A DNA stretch of 64,000 nucleotides, taken from NCBI RefSeq assembly GCF_009914755.1, contig NC_060938.1; one strand, given 5' to 3'. The position numbers and the translations under genes are program-made. This document shows positions 39,134-56,103 of this stretch, in pieces; within the stretch, counting starts at the first letter, position 1, and every line of letters begins with the position of its first letter. The DNA comes from the human T2T-CHM13v2.0 reference genome, Homo sapiens. A model generated the notes under the pieces. It was given only the letters and a program-made list of their open reading frames with translations. It had not been told where the DNA came from and ran no database searches.

Positions 39134-39699
39134 TAGTAGAGACAGGGTTTCTCCATGTTGGTCAGGCTGGTCTCGAACTCCCAACCTCAGGTGATCCGCC
39201 AGCCTCAGCCTCCCAAAGTGCTGGGATTACAAGTGTGAGCCACTGCACCTGGCCTGTCTTGTTTCTTTTATACCGAGAGCTCTATCAGGATATTGATGTC
39301 TGGTTTTGTTCTCCATAAAATCTACGCCTAATACAGCACTTATCACACAGAATTTTTTTTGAGACAAGGTCTCGCTCTGTTACCCAGACTGGAGTGCAGT
39401 GGCATGATCTCTGCTTACTGCAGCCTTCGGCCTCCCAGGCTCAAGCCATCCTCCCACCTCAGCCTCCCAAGTAGCTGGGACCACAGGCATGCGCCACCAC
39501 ACCCAGCTAATTTTTCATTTTTTTGTAGAGAGGGAGTTTCGCCATGTTGCCCAGGCTGGCCCAATTTCCGATTAACTCTAGATTTGATTACTTTTCTTAG
39601 TCTAGGAAAACTGTGTTACAGTGATGCGAGGATCTGTAGAATGACGTGGATGTTACCCCTGAGATCAAAGTTACTATTAATATCAATTTCAATGAACTA

Positions 39700-39975
39700 G
39701 AGACCGCTGTAGGGAGGTTGTGGGAACTGTTCAGAACGGCTTAATCTGGGAGGACACGACTTCCACTGAGAATGCATGCGCTGAACGACAATTCGTTTTC
39801 ACCTCAAAAACCTGTACTGCAGTTTTGTCTCTCCTTCCGTACGATGACCCAAGATGGCGGAGCCCGTGATTGAAAACCCAGATTCAAGATGGCGACTTCC
39901 TGCTTCCCCGATAGCGTCGCGCGTGGCCACCGAGGCCACGCCTACTTCCGGCTACCCCGGCTACTCCTGCTCAGC
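39700..39975. promoter_or_regulatory. MRPL52: MRPL52 TATA-less CpG promoter, probably bidirectional
   Basis: Two YY1 motifs CAAGATGGCG (39850, 39885); ETS/GABP motifs ACTTCCTG (39895) and ACTTCCGG (39944); partial NRF1 motif TGCATGCGC (39773). Confidence 0.75.
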
Positions 39976-40003
39976 ATGGCTGCTTTAGGGACTGTTCTCT
40001 TCA
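39976..40003 (+). CDS. MRPL52: MRPL52 coding exon 1 (MAALGTVLF)
   Basis: agcATGG start; donor A|GTGAGT. Confidence 0.93.
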
Positions 40004-40112
40004 GTGAGTGGGTATAGATAGGGACCGTGGACTCGGGGGCCCTTTGGGGACGGGCACAGGACCCCTGATCCGGCTGCGCGGCCTCTCCCCCAACTCTGCT
40101 CTGTTCTCCCAG

Positions 40113-40173
40113 CAGGTGTCCGGAGGCTGCACTGCAGCGCAGCCGCTTGGGCGGGCGGCCAGTGGCGACTACA
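40113..40173 (+). CDS. MRPL52: MRPL52 coding exon 2 ([21 protein letters not shown])
   Basis: CAGCAG tandem acceptor; donor CA|GTGAGT; frame continuous with exons 1 and 3. Confidence 0.92.
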
Positions 40174-40249
40174 GTGAGTCCTGGGATGAGGGCACCTGGG
40201 GGACCAGAAGCTGGGCTAGGTCCTCACAGATCTGTTTTTCTCCACACAG

Positions 40250-40317
40250 GCAGGGACTGGCTGCCAACCCCTCCGGCTACGGGCCCCTTACCGAGCTCCC
40301 AGACTGGTCATATGCGG
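40250..40317 (+). CDS. MRPL52: MRPL52 coding exon 3 ([22 protein letters not shown])
   Basis: Acceptor ttttctccacacAG; donor G|GTAAGC; GPLTxLPDWSY motif of mL52. Confidence 0.95.
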
Positions 40318-41165
40318 GTAAGCGCTGATCTGGCAGTTAACTCCACTGGGGAGATTTTCACCTAGAGGGAACGCCCCTGGACGGGGAGCTGGGGGTATCA
40401 AGGTGGGGGCGTGTAAAAGTGTTTAACTTTTTATTTGGAAAACGGAATTTGGGGAAAGAAACCCTCTTGTTTATTTTGTAGATTGCATTTCGACTAAGGA
40501 AGGTAAAGCTAAACAGGATCTTGGCTTGTGGAGATAAGCAGAAGATAATTCTGACTTGGGGCCGCCAGGGTGGAAGGGGGTGACAAGACTTCTGCGTTTT
40601 TCAAAGGGGGACATTTTTTTTTAACCAAGAACCACTTTTCTCTGTGGTTAGTGAATTTTCAGTATTTGGTACCAAATGCAGGGAGAGCTCTTTGAAAAGC
40701 TGCAGAAATAAGCGTCTCAGAGGGGTAGAAGGATGAAGACTATGGATGGCAGGCTCCCTTCAGAAAATTCTTTTACCTTTACTTACAAAAGAGAGAGGGA
40801 GGGAGAATAAATATTAGCCCTAGAAGGGAGAACCTTAGAGAAGTTGAAGCTACTCCCCATTCTCCTTATGAGACTCCAGTGTACAAGTAGGAAATTTGAG
40901 GCCTACAGAAGTGAATTGCACATGATCATACAGCTAGGTAGTAGCAAAGCCAGGACTAGAACATAGGCCAGTCCTCCTTGACAACACAGAGATCTGAATA
41001 TTTAATACCCTATTGTTGCTCTCTAGGGGTATGATCCTGCTTAATTGGATAATTGGTGACTGAGGAAGATGGTGAAGATTTTTTCTACTTGTTATTTACT
41101 GTAAGAAGCCTGGCATCTCCTTGTAGTAGTATGGACTATTGGAAAGACTCTGGAATTACATATGA

Positions 41166-41363
<198 letters not shown>

Positions 41364-41923
41364 TAGTAGAGACAGGCTCTTGCTATGTTGCCCAAGCTGG
41401 TCTTGTACTCCTTAGCTCAAGTGATCCACTTCAGCCTCCCAAAGTGCTGGGATTACAGGCATGAGCCACCACGCCCAGCCTATGGACCTTATTCTTAATC
41501 CAGGCTTCCCTTCTCGCTAAATTTGTGGTCTTGGACAAATTACTTAATTTTATCTTAGTCTCAGTTTCCATATCTGTAAAAGAATACCTATCTCATGTGG
41601 TTCTTTTAAGGATAAAATGAAACAACCAATGTAAAGCATGTGGCATACACAATATTGGTTCCCCTTCCTGGTAAATAACACCTCTTCTCTGTCTTGCCTT
41701 CAAACTTTTGGGCAGAGTTTTCACTCTGTTTCTTTCTTTGCGGAAAGTAAACTACTTGGGTTAGATACTGCATCTTTTCAGCAAGTCAGCAGGTATTTAT
41801 GGATTTTTATTAACATGCTTATGTGTCTACACTATACTGTGAATAGCAAAAGCTAGCAACACAGTCCCTGACCCAAAGAACTTAAAGTCTAACTGGGACA
41901 AAGCATGGACTTTTTAAAAATTA

Positions 41924-42328
<405 letters not shown>

Positions 42329-42378
42329 TCATTGTGGAGTGGGATGGAATTTAGCAAAGGTACATAGAACAACAGTGA

Positions 42379-42612
<234 letters not shown>

Positions 42613-42767
42613 TAGCCAGGATGGTCTCAATCTCCTGACCTCGTGATCCGCCTGCCTCAGCCTCCCAAAGTGCTGGGATCACAGGTGTGAGCCACCACGC
42701 CTGGCCAAGAGTTTCTGAAGACAAAACAGTAGATTCAGCATTGCAGAGGACCTCAAATACAAGGCTA

Positions 42768-42944
<177 letters not shown>

Positions 42945-43027
42945 TCAAAATAAAAAATAAAAAAGGCCGAGCACGGTGGCTCATGCTTGTAATCCCAGCA
43001 CTTTGGGAGGCCGAGGCAGGTGGATCA

Positions 43028-43213
<186 letters not shown>

Positions 43214-43453
43214 CTACCTGGCAACAGAGCGAGACTGTCTCAAAAAATAATAAATAAATGAAATAAAATGAAATAGAGTAGTAATATGTCTAGGAGCTTA
43301 TTCTGGGTTATCGTACCTCACCCTTGAAGATGATGGACATATTTTAGGATAATTAAGCTACAATGTATATGAAATGGAAGAGAGGAGCTAGAGATTGGTT
43401 CTTCCCTTATTCCTATCACAGTATTTGCACAAGGTGATGCAGACCATCTCTAA

Positions 43454-43558
<105 letters not shown>

Positions 43559-43631
43559 TAGAGCAACAGCCAGGGCTACCTGGAAGGAGAACATTTAAAT
43601 CATAATTTGTCTTGAGCTGTGTTGCACCTAA

Positions 43632-44388
<757 letters not shown>

Positions 44389-44752
44389 AAAGCAACTCCT
44401 GCCTCCCTTCCTCACCCTGTCTCTGGATTTCTTTTCTATCACCTAGATGCTTCATCCAGCCAGAAGATAGCCTTCACGTTCCCCATCTGTCTTCAGAGCA
44501 AAAGAGCTGGGACACCAAGAACAAGCTGTTAGATCACTGCCTGGGAGGCTTGGCTTAGTACTCTCATCTCTGGTTCCATTCCAGTTCAGCTAAGTCTTGC
44601 TTTAAAATTTTTACCTCCTAGCTGGGTGCGGTGGCTCACGCCTGTAATCCCAGCACTTTGGGAGGCTGAGGCGGGCAGATCACAAGATCAGGAGTTCGAG
44701 ACCAGCCTGGCCAACCCAGCCTGGTCAACATGGTGAAACCCTGTCCCTACTA

Positions 44753-44929
<177 letters not shown>

Positions 44930-45080
44930 TTACCTCCTTTGCAGGCCATAGGACTAGCCCAACTATGAGAAATAGCTGTTCTGTGAACGTGAAAAGGGGA
45001 CAGCAGTTTTCCCAGTTTTGGCCAGGCAGTCAAGCCTTTAACAGCTCATGCACAGTTTAGGCCATGTACAGCTGGCATCT

Positions 45081-45086
45081 AATAAA
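45081..45086 (+). terminator. MRPL52: MRPL52 distal poly(A) signal AATAAA
   Basis: Canonical hexamer about 700 nt after the stop, with T-rich sequence downstream. Confidence 0.7.
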
Positions 45087-46499
45087 TGTTTTCATGAAAA
45101 AGATTTTCTAGCCAAGGTCCCTTTTTTGGCAAGCATCTGGTGTCAGTCTTCCTAAGATTCAGATATGTGGTCCAGGAGGTTACCCCCACTGGGAAGGCTG
45201 ATGTGGGAAGAATCATACCTGGGTGTTGCGTGTTCTGCCGAGAGTGGGGTCCTGAGGTCTCCATGGTTCTGACTGCATTCCAGAGATTGGTTGAAGAGGG
45301 GCCTGTACCTCCCAACCCCAGCTTGTGTAGGAAAGCCCTACATAAGGGCTCAGCCCTCAGTCACTGTGGGGTAGGTAGCTGTTTAATAACACACACCATA
45401 TACCTCCCACAAACCTGGAGGCTCCACAGGACCTGAAAAGCTTTTCATTTTATTGATCATGAATCTGAGGGCAAAAGACCTTTGTTTTCATTACAATACT
45501 GAGCACTAGACTTCTATTCTTCTGCCACAGAAGTGCATCCCTAGGATTTCTGGAGCTTCCTACCTGACCTAATTTCTGTCCACCCTCCTCTATTCCTTCC
45601 TTTGCTTTCTTCTCCCTTCCTCCTCGCACTACCTCTGTCCTCTCTCACTGGCCAAATGCAATTCTTGGATCTTAGATTTCGCTGATAGTCTAGTTTTCTG
45701 TCTCCCACACTTTTCCTGCTTCTGTTGTGCTTCTTTTCCAGACCTGTCTAGTTCCCAACTCATCTGTCTCCCTTTCTCACGGTCAGCTTTATCCTGCCCT
45801 CTCCCTTCCCTACATACCTCCACCTTTTGTTCTGAGTCCAGTAAGTCCCTAAAGGAGATTATAACTCTTTAAGAATTGCCTCCTTTTTCAGTGTAGAGGT
45901 GGAACTAAACCCCAGAGTCCCAACTCCCAATCCCTTCTTTTACAATAATTTCACCCAACTTGATTTGCTTTCCCCCAGATCCCACGGCCTTGTACCCTTT
46001 TCCTCCCAGCGAGTTCCAATTAAAGGTGCAGCCACATTACAAATGACAATAAAGGAATCACCTTTGTCTTTCTACAAAGGTTGGAGCCACAGATCCGGTA
46101 TGGTTGTGGGGTTTGTTGTTGGTAGTTGGGTTATAGTTTGGATTTTTTAGCAGCAGAGGGAGGGACATAGACAGTTGTCTACAGGGCCCAGAAGATAACC
46201 CCCTATTAGTAAACTGGCCCCTTCTCCCTCTGCAGGTCTCATGGGCATGGAAGAAGACCCCACCACCATCCCACACTCTGAGCTCCTCGTTGCCCCTAGC
46301 CACATAGCCCCCAATAATTCCCACCCTGAGGTGAGACAAATGCTGAATACCAGAGGAATCAAGCCACTCAGAATATGCTTATAGGGACAAAGTCTCCCAC
46401 ATCCCGTCCCCTGGATCCCCCTACAGCCCCCTGCTGTCCATCGCGGCCTCAACCCCTGCAGATGGCAGCCTGCACCACAAAAAGGCAACTTAGAGGTGT

Positions 46500-47950
46500 T
46501 TTTTTTTTTTTTCCTTCCATTTCTTGGTTGTAATTGGATTCAGGCTAAAACAACCACGTCCCCAACCAGGAAAGGAGGGCACTGGGGCGGGGACGGAGGA
46601 GAGGCTGTGGGAGAAGGGAGGGACCAGAGGAGAGAGCGAGAGAGGGAACCAGACCCCAGTTCGCCGACTAAGCAGAAGAAAGATCAAAAACCGGAAAAGA
46701 GGAGAAGAGCAAACAGGCACTTTGAGGAACAATCCCCTTTAACTCCAAGCCGACAGCGGTCTAGGAATTCAAGTTCAGTGCCTACCGAAGACAAAGGCGC
46801 CCCGAGGGAGTGGCGGTGCGACCCCAGGGCGTGGGCCCGGCCGCGGAGCCCACACTGCCCGGCTGACCCGGTGGTCTCGGACCATGTCTCCCGCCCCAAG
46901 ACCCTCCCGTTGTCTCCTGCTCCCCCTGCTCACGCTCGGCACCGCGCTCGCCTCCCTCGGCTCGGCCCAAAGCAGCAGCTTCAGCCCCGAAGTAAGTGAG
47001 CTTCCCGGCCCTTCCCGGAGTCGCGCCCGCCGGGAGGCGAGCCCGGGGGTCTCCTAGGGGACAGCCTCTATTCGGAGAGGAGGGCTTTTGGGATCTCCGC
47101 TGCTCAGGCCTGCAGGATTCCCCCTCCCTTTCTTTTTCCTCTTCGTCTCCAAACTTCCAGATCGATCCAACTTTTGCCCGCTTCCAACCAGCTGCCCCCA
47201 CCCCCTGCGCCGCCGACTCTCCTTCCCATTCCTTCTTTTTTCCCAGTCCTTGGAAGAACTTTACAACTGGGGCGAACTCCCCCTTCCCCGATTCCCTTGG
47301 GCTCTGCTCTCAGCTCTGGAACCGCCTGATAAACATTTGGACTCCGCTCAAACCCCGCGCTGTCCCGGCTCCTCGTCATGCGCGAGAGTTTGTTGTTTCT
47401 TCGACTTCCCAGCTCTCCAGCGCTCTCCCGCCGGCGCGCCCTCCGATGGGCGCTTCGGCCTCCCCGGGTGGCCCAGGCCTTCAGCGGACGAGTCTGCGGC
47501 CAGGTGGGGGTCGAGGGTGGACGGCCGAGCGTCCAGGGCCACAGCCCCCGTCTCCCCGAGAGGACCCCGCTGTGTCCCTACCCGCATCCCTGGCGTCGAG
47601 GGTCGCAGCGCCGGCGCGCTGGCCGCGTTTCCGTACACACAAAGCTCTCCTTGTGAGCCGGGCGATCGGCCGGGTCGCTGCCTCCCCCTATCCCCACCCG
47701 CGTCGGCGCCTTCAGGCCCTTTTTGTTGTTAATAGTTTTTCTGTGTTAATTGCAGGGAGCCTGGGGGCGTCGCTTGGGGAATGGGGAGAGGGTCTGGTCC
47801 GGGGTGCCCTCACGTCGGGGCTGGCTCGGGCGCCCCCCACCCTCACCCCGGCCCAGACGGTGGCCCACCGGGCCCCAGAGGAAGCTGCGTGGGAGTTGTC
47901 TGAGGAGGTTTTTCCTCTCTCTCTCTTATTTTGGGGTGAAGGTGGGAGAC
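46500..47950. promoter_or_regulatory. MMP14: MMP14 TATA-less promoter and CpG island extending into intron 1
   Basis: GC box GGGGCGGGG at 46584-46592, HRE-like CACGT at 46555-46559, inverted CCAAT near 46533; CpG-rich through about 47950. Confidence 0.8.
46884..46991 (+). CDS. MMP14: MMP14 exon 1 (signal peptide [19 protein letters not shown]...FSPE)
   Basis: accATG start; donor GAA|GTAAGT; 108 nt. Confidence 0.97.
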
Positions 47951-50028
47951 GGATTTAATGAGCTTCTTATTTTGGGCCATCTCAACCCACTCAGCCTGGC
48001 AAGGGCCTGGGTGCGGTTGGGAGGGGCCAGGAAGGGCCCTAGAAGGGGGATGGGATATGGGTTTGGCTTCTCCTCCTTGGTCCCACCCCGGAGAAAACTC
48101 TTTGGAAAGAATACTGTCTTCTCTCTGCGTCCCTGAAAGGGTCTGGGGCCGACTGGAAAAGTATGGCCCCAGGAATCGGGGTGGAAGACGAAACGTGGAG
48201 TGCTCAGAGACCAGGGAGAGTAAAAACCTGCCCTGGTGCTGGAGGCTGAGCCTGACTGTCCGGGAGGAGTCGTCCTCTTCCCAGGCCTAGAGTCCTCTGA
48301 GACCTGAAAGGGAGCGCCCCTAACAAAACGAGCCTGAGCATCTGGGGAGCTGCCGACCGCCAACTTCACTGCCTTACCTTTTTTCCCTCCCCTGCTTTGC
48401 TGGGTCCCCCAGGGGAGGGGCGGCTGCCCTGGCTCCGTTTTAATTGGGTCATGGGCGGTCCCAGTGCCAGAACCACCATTTGCTTCTGGGCCCAGGAAGG
48501 GAGGGAGGAGCAGCCCCAGAGGCTAGGATCCAGGGCCTACTGCAGAGCTGGAGGTCCCCCCACCCTCCCCTGGACCCCTAAGCCAAGGTGGGAGGTGTTC
48601 CGTTGACTTTCTCCTAGGGGATACCTTGCATCTCTCTCATTCGCAAAGACAAAGCCAGCCGACTGGGTTCTTTGACCCAACATAGTTGCTTTTTTCTCCA
48701 GGCCAATGTGGAGGGAAAGCTGGGGTGGTGCAGGCCTCATGCAGCTGGGTCCCTCCTACCAGGCCTCCAGAGTCCTGCACCAGCTCCAGGACAGCCCTCT
48801 CCTCCCCATGGCCTGTCTGGCGCTGGGCCCTTCCTCCCACCCAGCCGCAGACACAAGAGTCCTCTCTTCTGTGGTTTCGACCTCATAGTCTCTGTGAGGA
48901 GAGAAACTTGCCTAGGCCTGGGGGGAGGAGAGGGATGGGGGCACTTCCTTTCCAGGCCTTGCGGCTCTCTTGACTCCAGGGAAGTCCTTCATTTGACTGA
49001 GCCTTCATTTTTCTCCCGAGGGTATGGGGTGGAGGTTGTAGGTGTGAATATTTAGACCCCCCTAGCTTCTTGAACGACTCCAGAGGGGATTTCCCCCAGA
49101 GCTCCTGGATGTGGATTCTCCCCATCTCTTCTGTCCCGTCTTCCTTCTGTCGTTCTGTCTTCTCCCCATCTTCCTTCTGTCGTTCTGCTCTAGGCAAATT
49201 CTCTCAGCTTTGCTCTCTGAGGGTTGACGGGGCCTGGCCTCAGTCCTCCTGCCTTCCAGCGTCAGTAGACCAGTCCCATCCTTCCCCAAGTCCTGAAGCA
49301 GCTGCTCCTCAACCAAGGGTCATAAGCCCGGGGTGTGTTTATCCTGCAGGTATGCTAGGGGCAAAAGACATTTCCTGCATAGTTAGGCACAGGCCACAGC
49401 AGGCCTCCCCAGGCACTGGCTGTGGCATCAGCCAGAACAGGTCAGGGCAAGCCTGCAGCTCCCTGAGAGCAGCCCCGGACTGGTGTGGACTGCTTGGCTC
49501 CCTCTGGTATACCAAAGGTTAAATGTCACTCCTTCCTCTACCCCTGAGGAGGGGCTCTCAGAGCCTCAGAGCTAGGTGGTGCTAGGGTTGTTCTAGCCAA
49601 GACTGTTGGCTGGGAAAAGGCTGGGTTGTTTACATCTCGGGTTCTAGCTCGCATCAGCCTTGGGGGGGGATCACTTCCCAGAACCATGTTGCAATTCTTG
49701 CCCCTGTGGGCTCAGGTCCCCAGTCAGCTGCTCTTGAGTCACCCCCAGTCCCCATGCAAGACTACTGCCCCATCACCAGGACCTGAGCCCAGAGGTGAAG
49801 GACCATGTGGCAATCCAATCCTGATGACCTTGGCTAGGAGATGCAGCACCCAACAGCAGCCTCCCCCATCTCCCCTCCAAGATCCCATCCTGGGCAACCT
49901 ACAGCCGCTTCCTGAACTCCCTAAGAAAGCAAAGCTGGAGCAGGGACTAGAGCTATCTGGGTGGTGTCTTCTCCCCATAAAAGAATCCAAGCATCTTCAT
50001 ATTTCATATATAACTTGGCTTGTTTTAC

Positions 50029-50874
<846 letters not shown>

Positions 50875-51534
50875 ACTGCTGAGAATCTTAAATAGGCCTT
50901 TAGGTTCCAAGCCATAGGTCAGATGCTGCTTGGATAAGGACAGCGGCAGGATCCTGGCTTCAGCTGGATCACACCTCTTACCACATCCCAAGTTCCTAGT
51001 TTCCCGTTGTAGCAGCCAGCCTTAGCTCTAGCTCTTTTTTCTGCCCTCCTTTCTAAAAAGATCTCAGCTGTGAGGGTCCTGGGGACATGGCACTCCCATC
51101 CCAGGAGGGCCTCAGGTCAAGCCCAATAGTAGAGCTCACTCAGCCTGTCAACACCCCTCCCCACACATCATGGGCATAGCCCAGTCCCAGGTGGAACATG
51201 CTATATTTGTAAGAACACTGACATGGGGGAGAAAAGTGCTAGAAGGAATCACAGCTCTGAGAAGACATCTCAGAACCCCATTAAACCACCAGGGCTCTCT
51301 CTCATTTTCAAGAGAGCTACAGCCAAAAGCCTGTTTGGGCTCATAGCCCCGAGGGGACAAGCTATAGCCCCGAGGGGCCTGGGCCAGAGATCAGGTCTAG
51401 CCTGGGAGTTCCTCCAGACCTGCTGCCGGAGCCAAGCTGGGAACCCACTGCCCTTTCCTTGCCAAGCCAAGGCTGTATGCTGGGCATTGTCGGGGAGGTA
51501 GAGGCACCCTATGGGCCAGGTGGGGACACTCTAA

Positions 51535-51705
<171 letters not shown>

Positions 51706-51911
51706 TAAGTGCTAGACCCTGGCAGGAGTTCTGCCTAGCATCCACTGACAATGCCAGCGCCAGAGATGTTCCTACCTGAATGCCTGGCTTGTGCACCCCA
51801 CTCCCCCATATCTCATCCCCACGTGCTGATCCTGACCCTCTCATATTCACCCTGACCTCATAACCTTGGCCTTTCCCCACATTGACACACAGCAAGTCCA
51901 CCCAACACTGA

Positions 51912-52100
<189 letters not shown>

Positions 52101-52345
52101 TGAGTCCAACAGGCAAGCAACCTTTCTCACATCTGGTTATTATTTCCTACCCATTGTGCTTATGCAGGGACTCAGAGACCCCCTGCCCCACTCCCCTCAG
52201 TTCCTGGGAAGCATCCGTGGGAGTGGGGAGGAAAATGGCTCTCATCCTTGAGAGAGGTGTAGCCATCAAGGGTGCACCCCAGTGCCAGAGAGCCAGAGCC
52301 TGAGGATCCCTTGTTCTTGAGACAGAGGCGTTGCGCATGAGGTAG

Positions 52346-52894
<549 letters not shown>

Positions 52895-53166
52895 TGATCT
52901 AACTTCTGACAAAAGCAGGAGTCCTGTTTGAGCTATTTACATCTGGTCCCCCCTCTCACCCACTGACTGGCTTTCCAGTCAAAGACTTCAAAGCATCCTT
53001 ATTGCCCACTTTTCCAGACCGATGTCATGTCTCGCTCCCGGGAGAAACTGGGGACTAGAGAGAGCCTTGGCTTCCCTTACCACAGGTCTTCCCGGGATCG
53101 GGGTCCTGCTTCCAAGCACTCTCTCACCTCCACCCAGAGGAGCTTGCTGACTGGCTTTGTGCTTAA

Positions 53167-53487
<321 letters not shown>

Positions 53488-53670
53488 TAGTCTACACCCA
53501 CGCCTGCTCCCTCCTCTGCTGCTTGTTCCCTCCTGGTCTACGCATTTCCCCTCTTTTATGCCTTGCAGTCTCTGCACCGCCCCCTGCCAACCTGCCCCTG
53601 CCTCTATCAGCTCCACTTTTGAGCCCATCTTTTGTGTCGCCTCCCAGTTGGTTGCTTCAGCCTCCCCTAG

Positions 53671-54325
<655 letters not shown>

Positions 54326-54404
54326 CTAAAAACTAAAACTGAGGAACAAACAGCAGTGCGGGAGCTTTGGGGACTGAACCAGAGACCTAGGCCGCAAGAC
54401 ATAA

Positions 54405-54605
<201 letters not shown>

Positions 54606-54632
54606 TGAGGCGGGTCTCCCTAGAGGAGCTGA

Positions 54633-54845
<213 letters not shown>

Positions 54846-55027
54846 TAAGACCTCAACCCCTTAACCCCAGGCCTCCCTCAGAAACCACCACCACCCCAAA
54901 TTCCCTCAGTTCTGGAGAAAGACCCACTTTACCCCCAACATGCTTCCCTGGAGAAGGAGCTGGCTGAGCCTCTGCTGTTGCCTAGAAATGGGCAGCCTCC
55001 TTTGGGCACCGTGTGAGTGGGATGTGA

Positions 55028-55456
<429 letters not shown>

Positions 55457-55771
55457 TGAGAGAAGGATGGGAATAGGGAGTTGAGGAAGAGCGGGAGGGA
55501 AGCCTGAGGGAGTGCTGTGTGGAAAACAATGGCGATGATAATACCACATACCAGGCGCTGGGCTAGGTGCTTCCACACGTGGTGCCCATTCATCCCCACC
55601 ACCTTCCAACCTGGTACTATAAGCACCCCCATTTTACAGCTGAGGAAGCTGATGCTCACGAAGGTGGAGGGAAGCTCAGCTGCCCTCACATTAACAGAGC
55701 TTCCCTCGCTCCTCTCCTCTCCTCTCTTTGGGTCTTCCCTTCCTTACCACCTTCTGATTCACTCCCTGCAG

Positions 55772-56103
55772 TCTTCACTTACTTCTACAAGGGGAACAAA
55801 TACTGGAAATTCAACAACCAGAAGCTGAAGGTAGAACCGGGCTACCCCAAGTCAGCCCTGAGGGACTGGATGGGCTGCCCATCGGGAGGCCGGCCGGATG
55901 AGGGGACTGAGGAGGAGACGGAGGTGATCATCATTGAGGTGGACGAGGAGGGCGGCGGGGCGGTGAGCGCGGCTGCCGTGGTGCTGCCCGTGCTGCTGCT
56001 GCTCCTGGTGCTGGCGGTGGGCCTTGCAGTCTTCTTCTTCAGACGCCATGGGACCCCCAGGCGACTGCTCTACTGCCAGCGTTCCCTGCTGGACAAGGTC
56101 TGA
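55772..56103 (+). CDS. MMP14: MMP14 exon 10 coding part (end of hemopexin, transmembrane helix, cytoplasmic tail [12 protein letters not shown])
   Basis: 332 nt; all ten exons sum to 1749 nt = 582 aa plus TGA. Confidence 0.97.

Noticed and set aside
46996-47958. 320-aa ORF and overlapping ORFs in MMP14 intron 1
   Set aside because: Stop-poor GC-rich CpG island; non-ATG start at the splice donor; low-complexity Pro/Arg/Ala product with no recognisable domain
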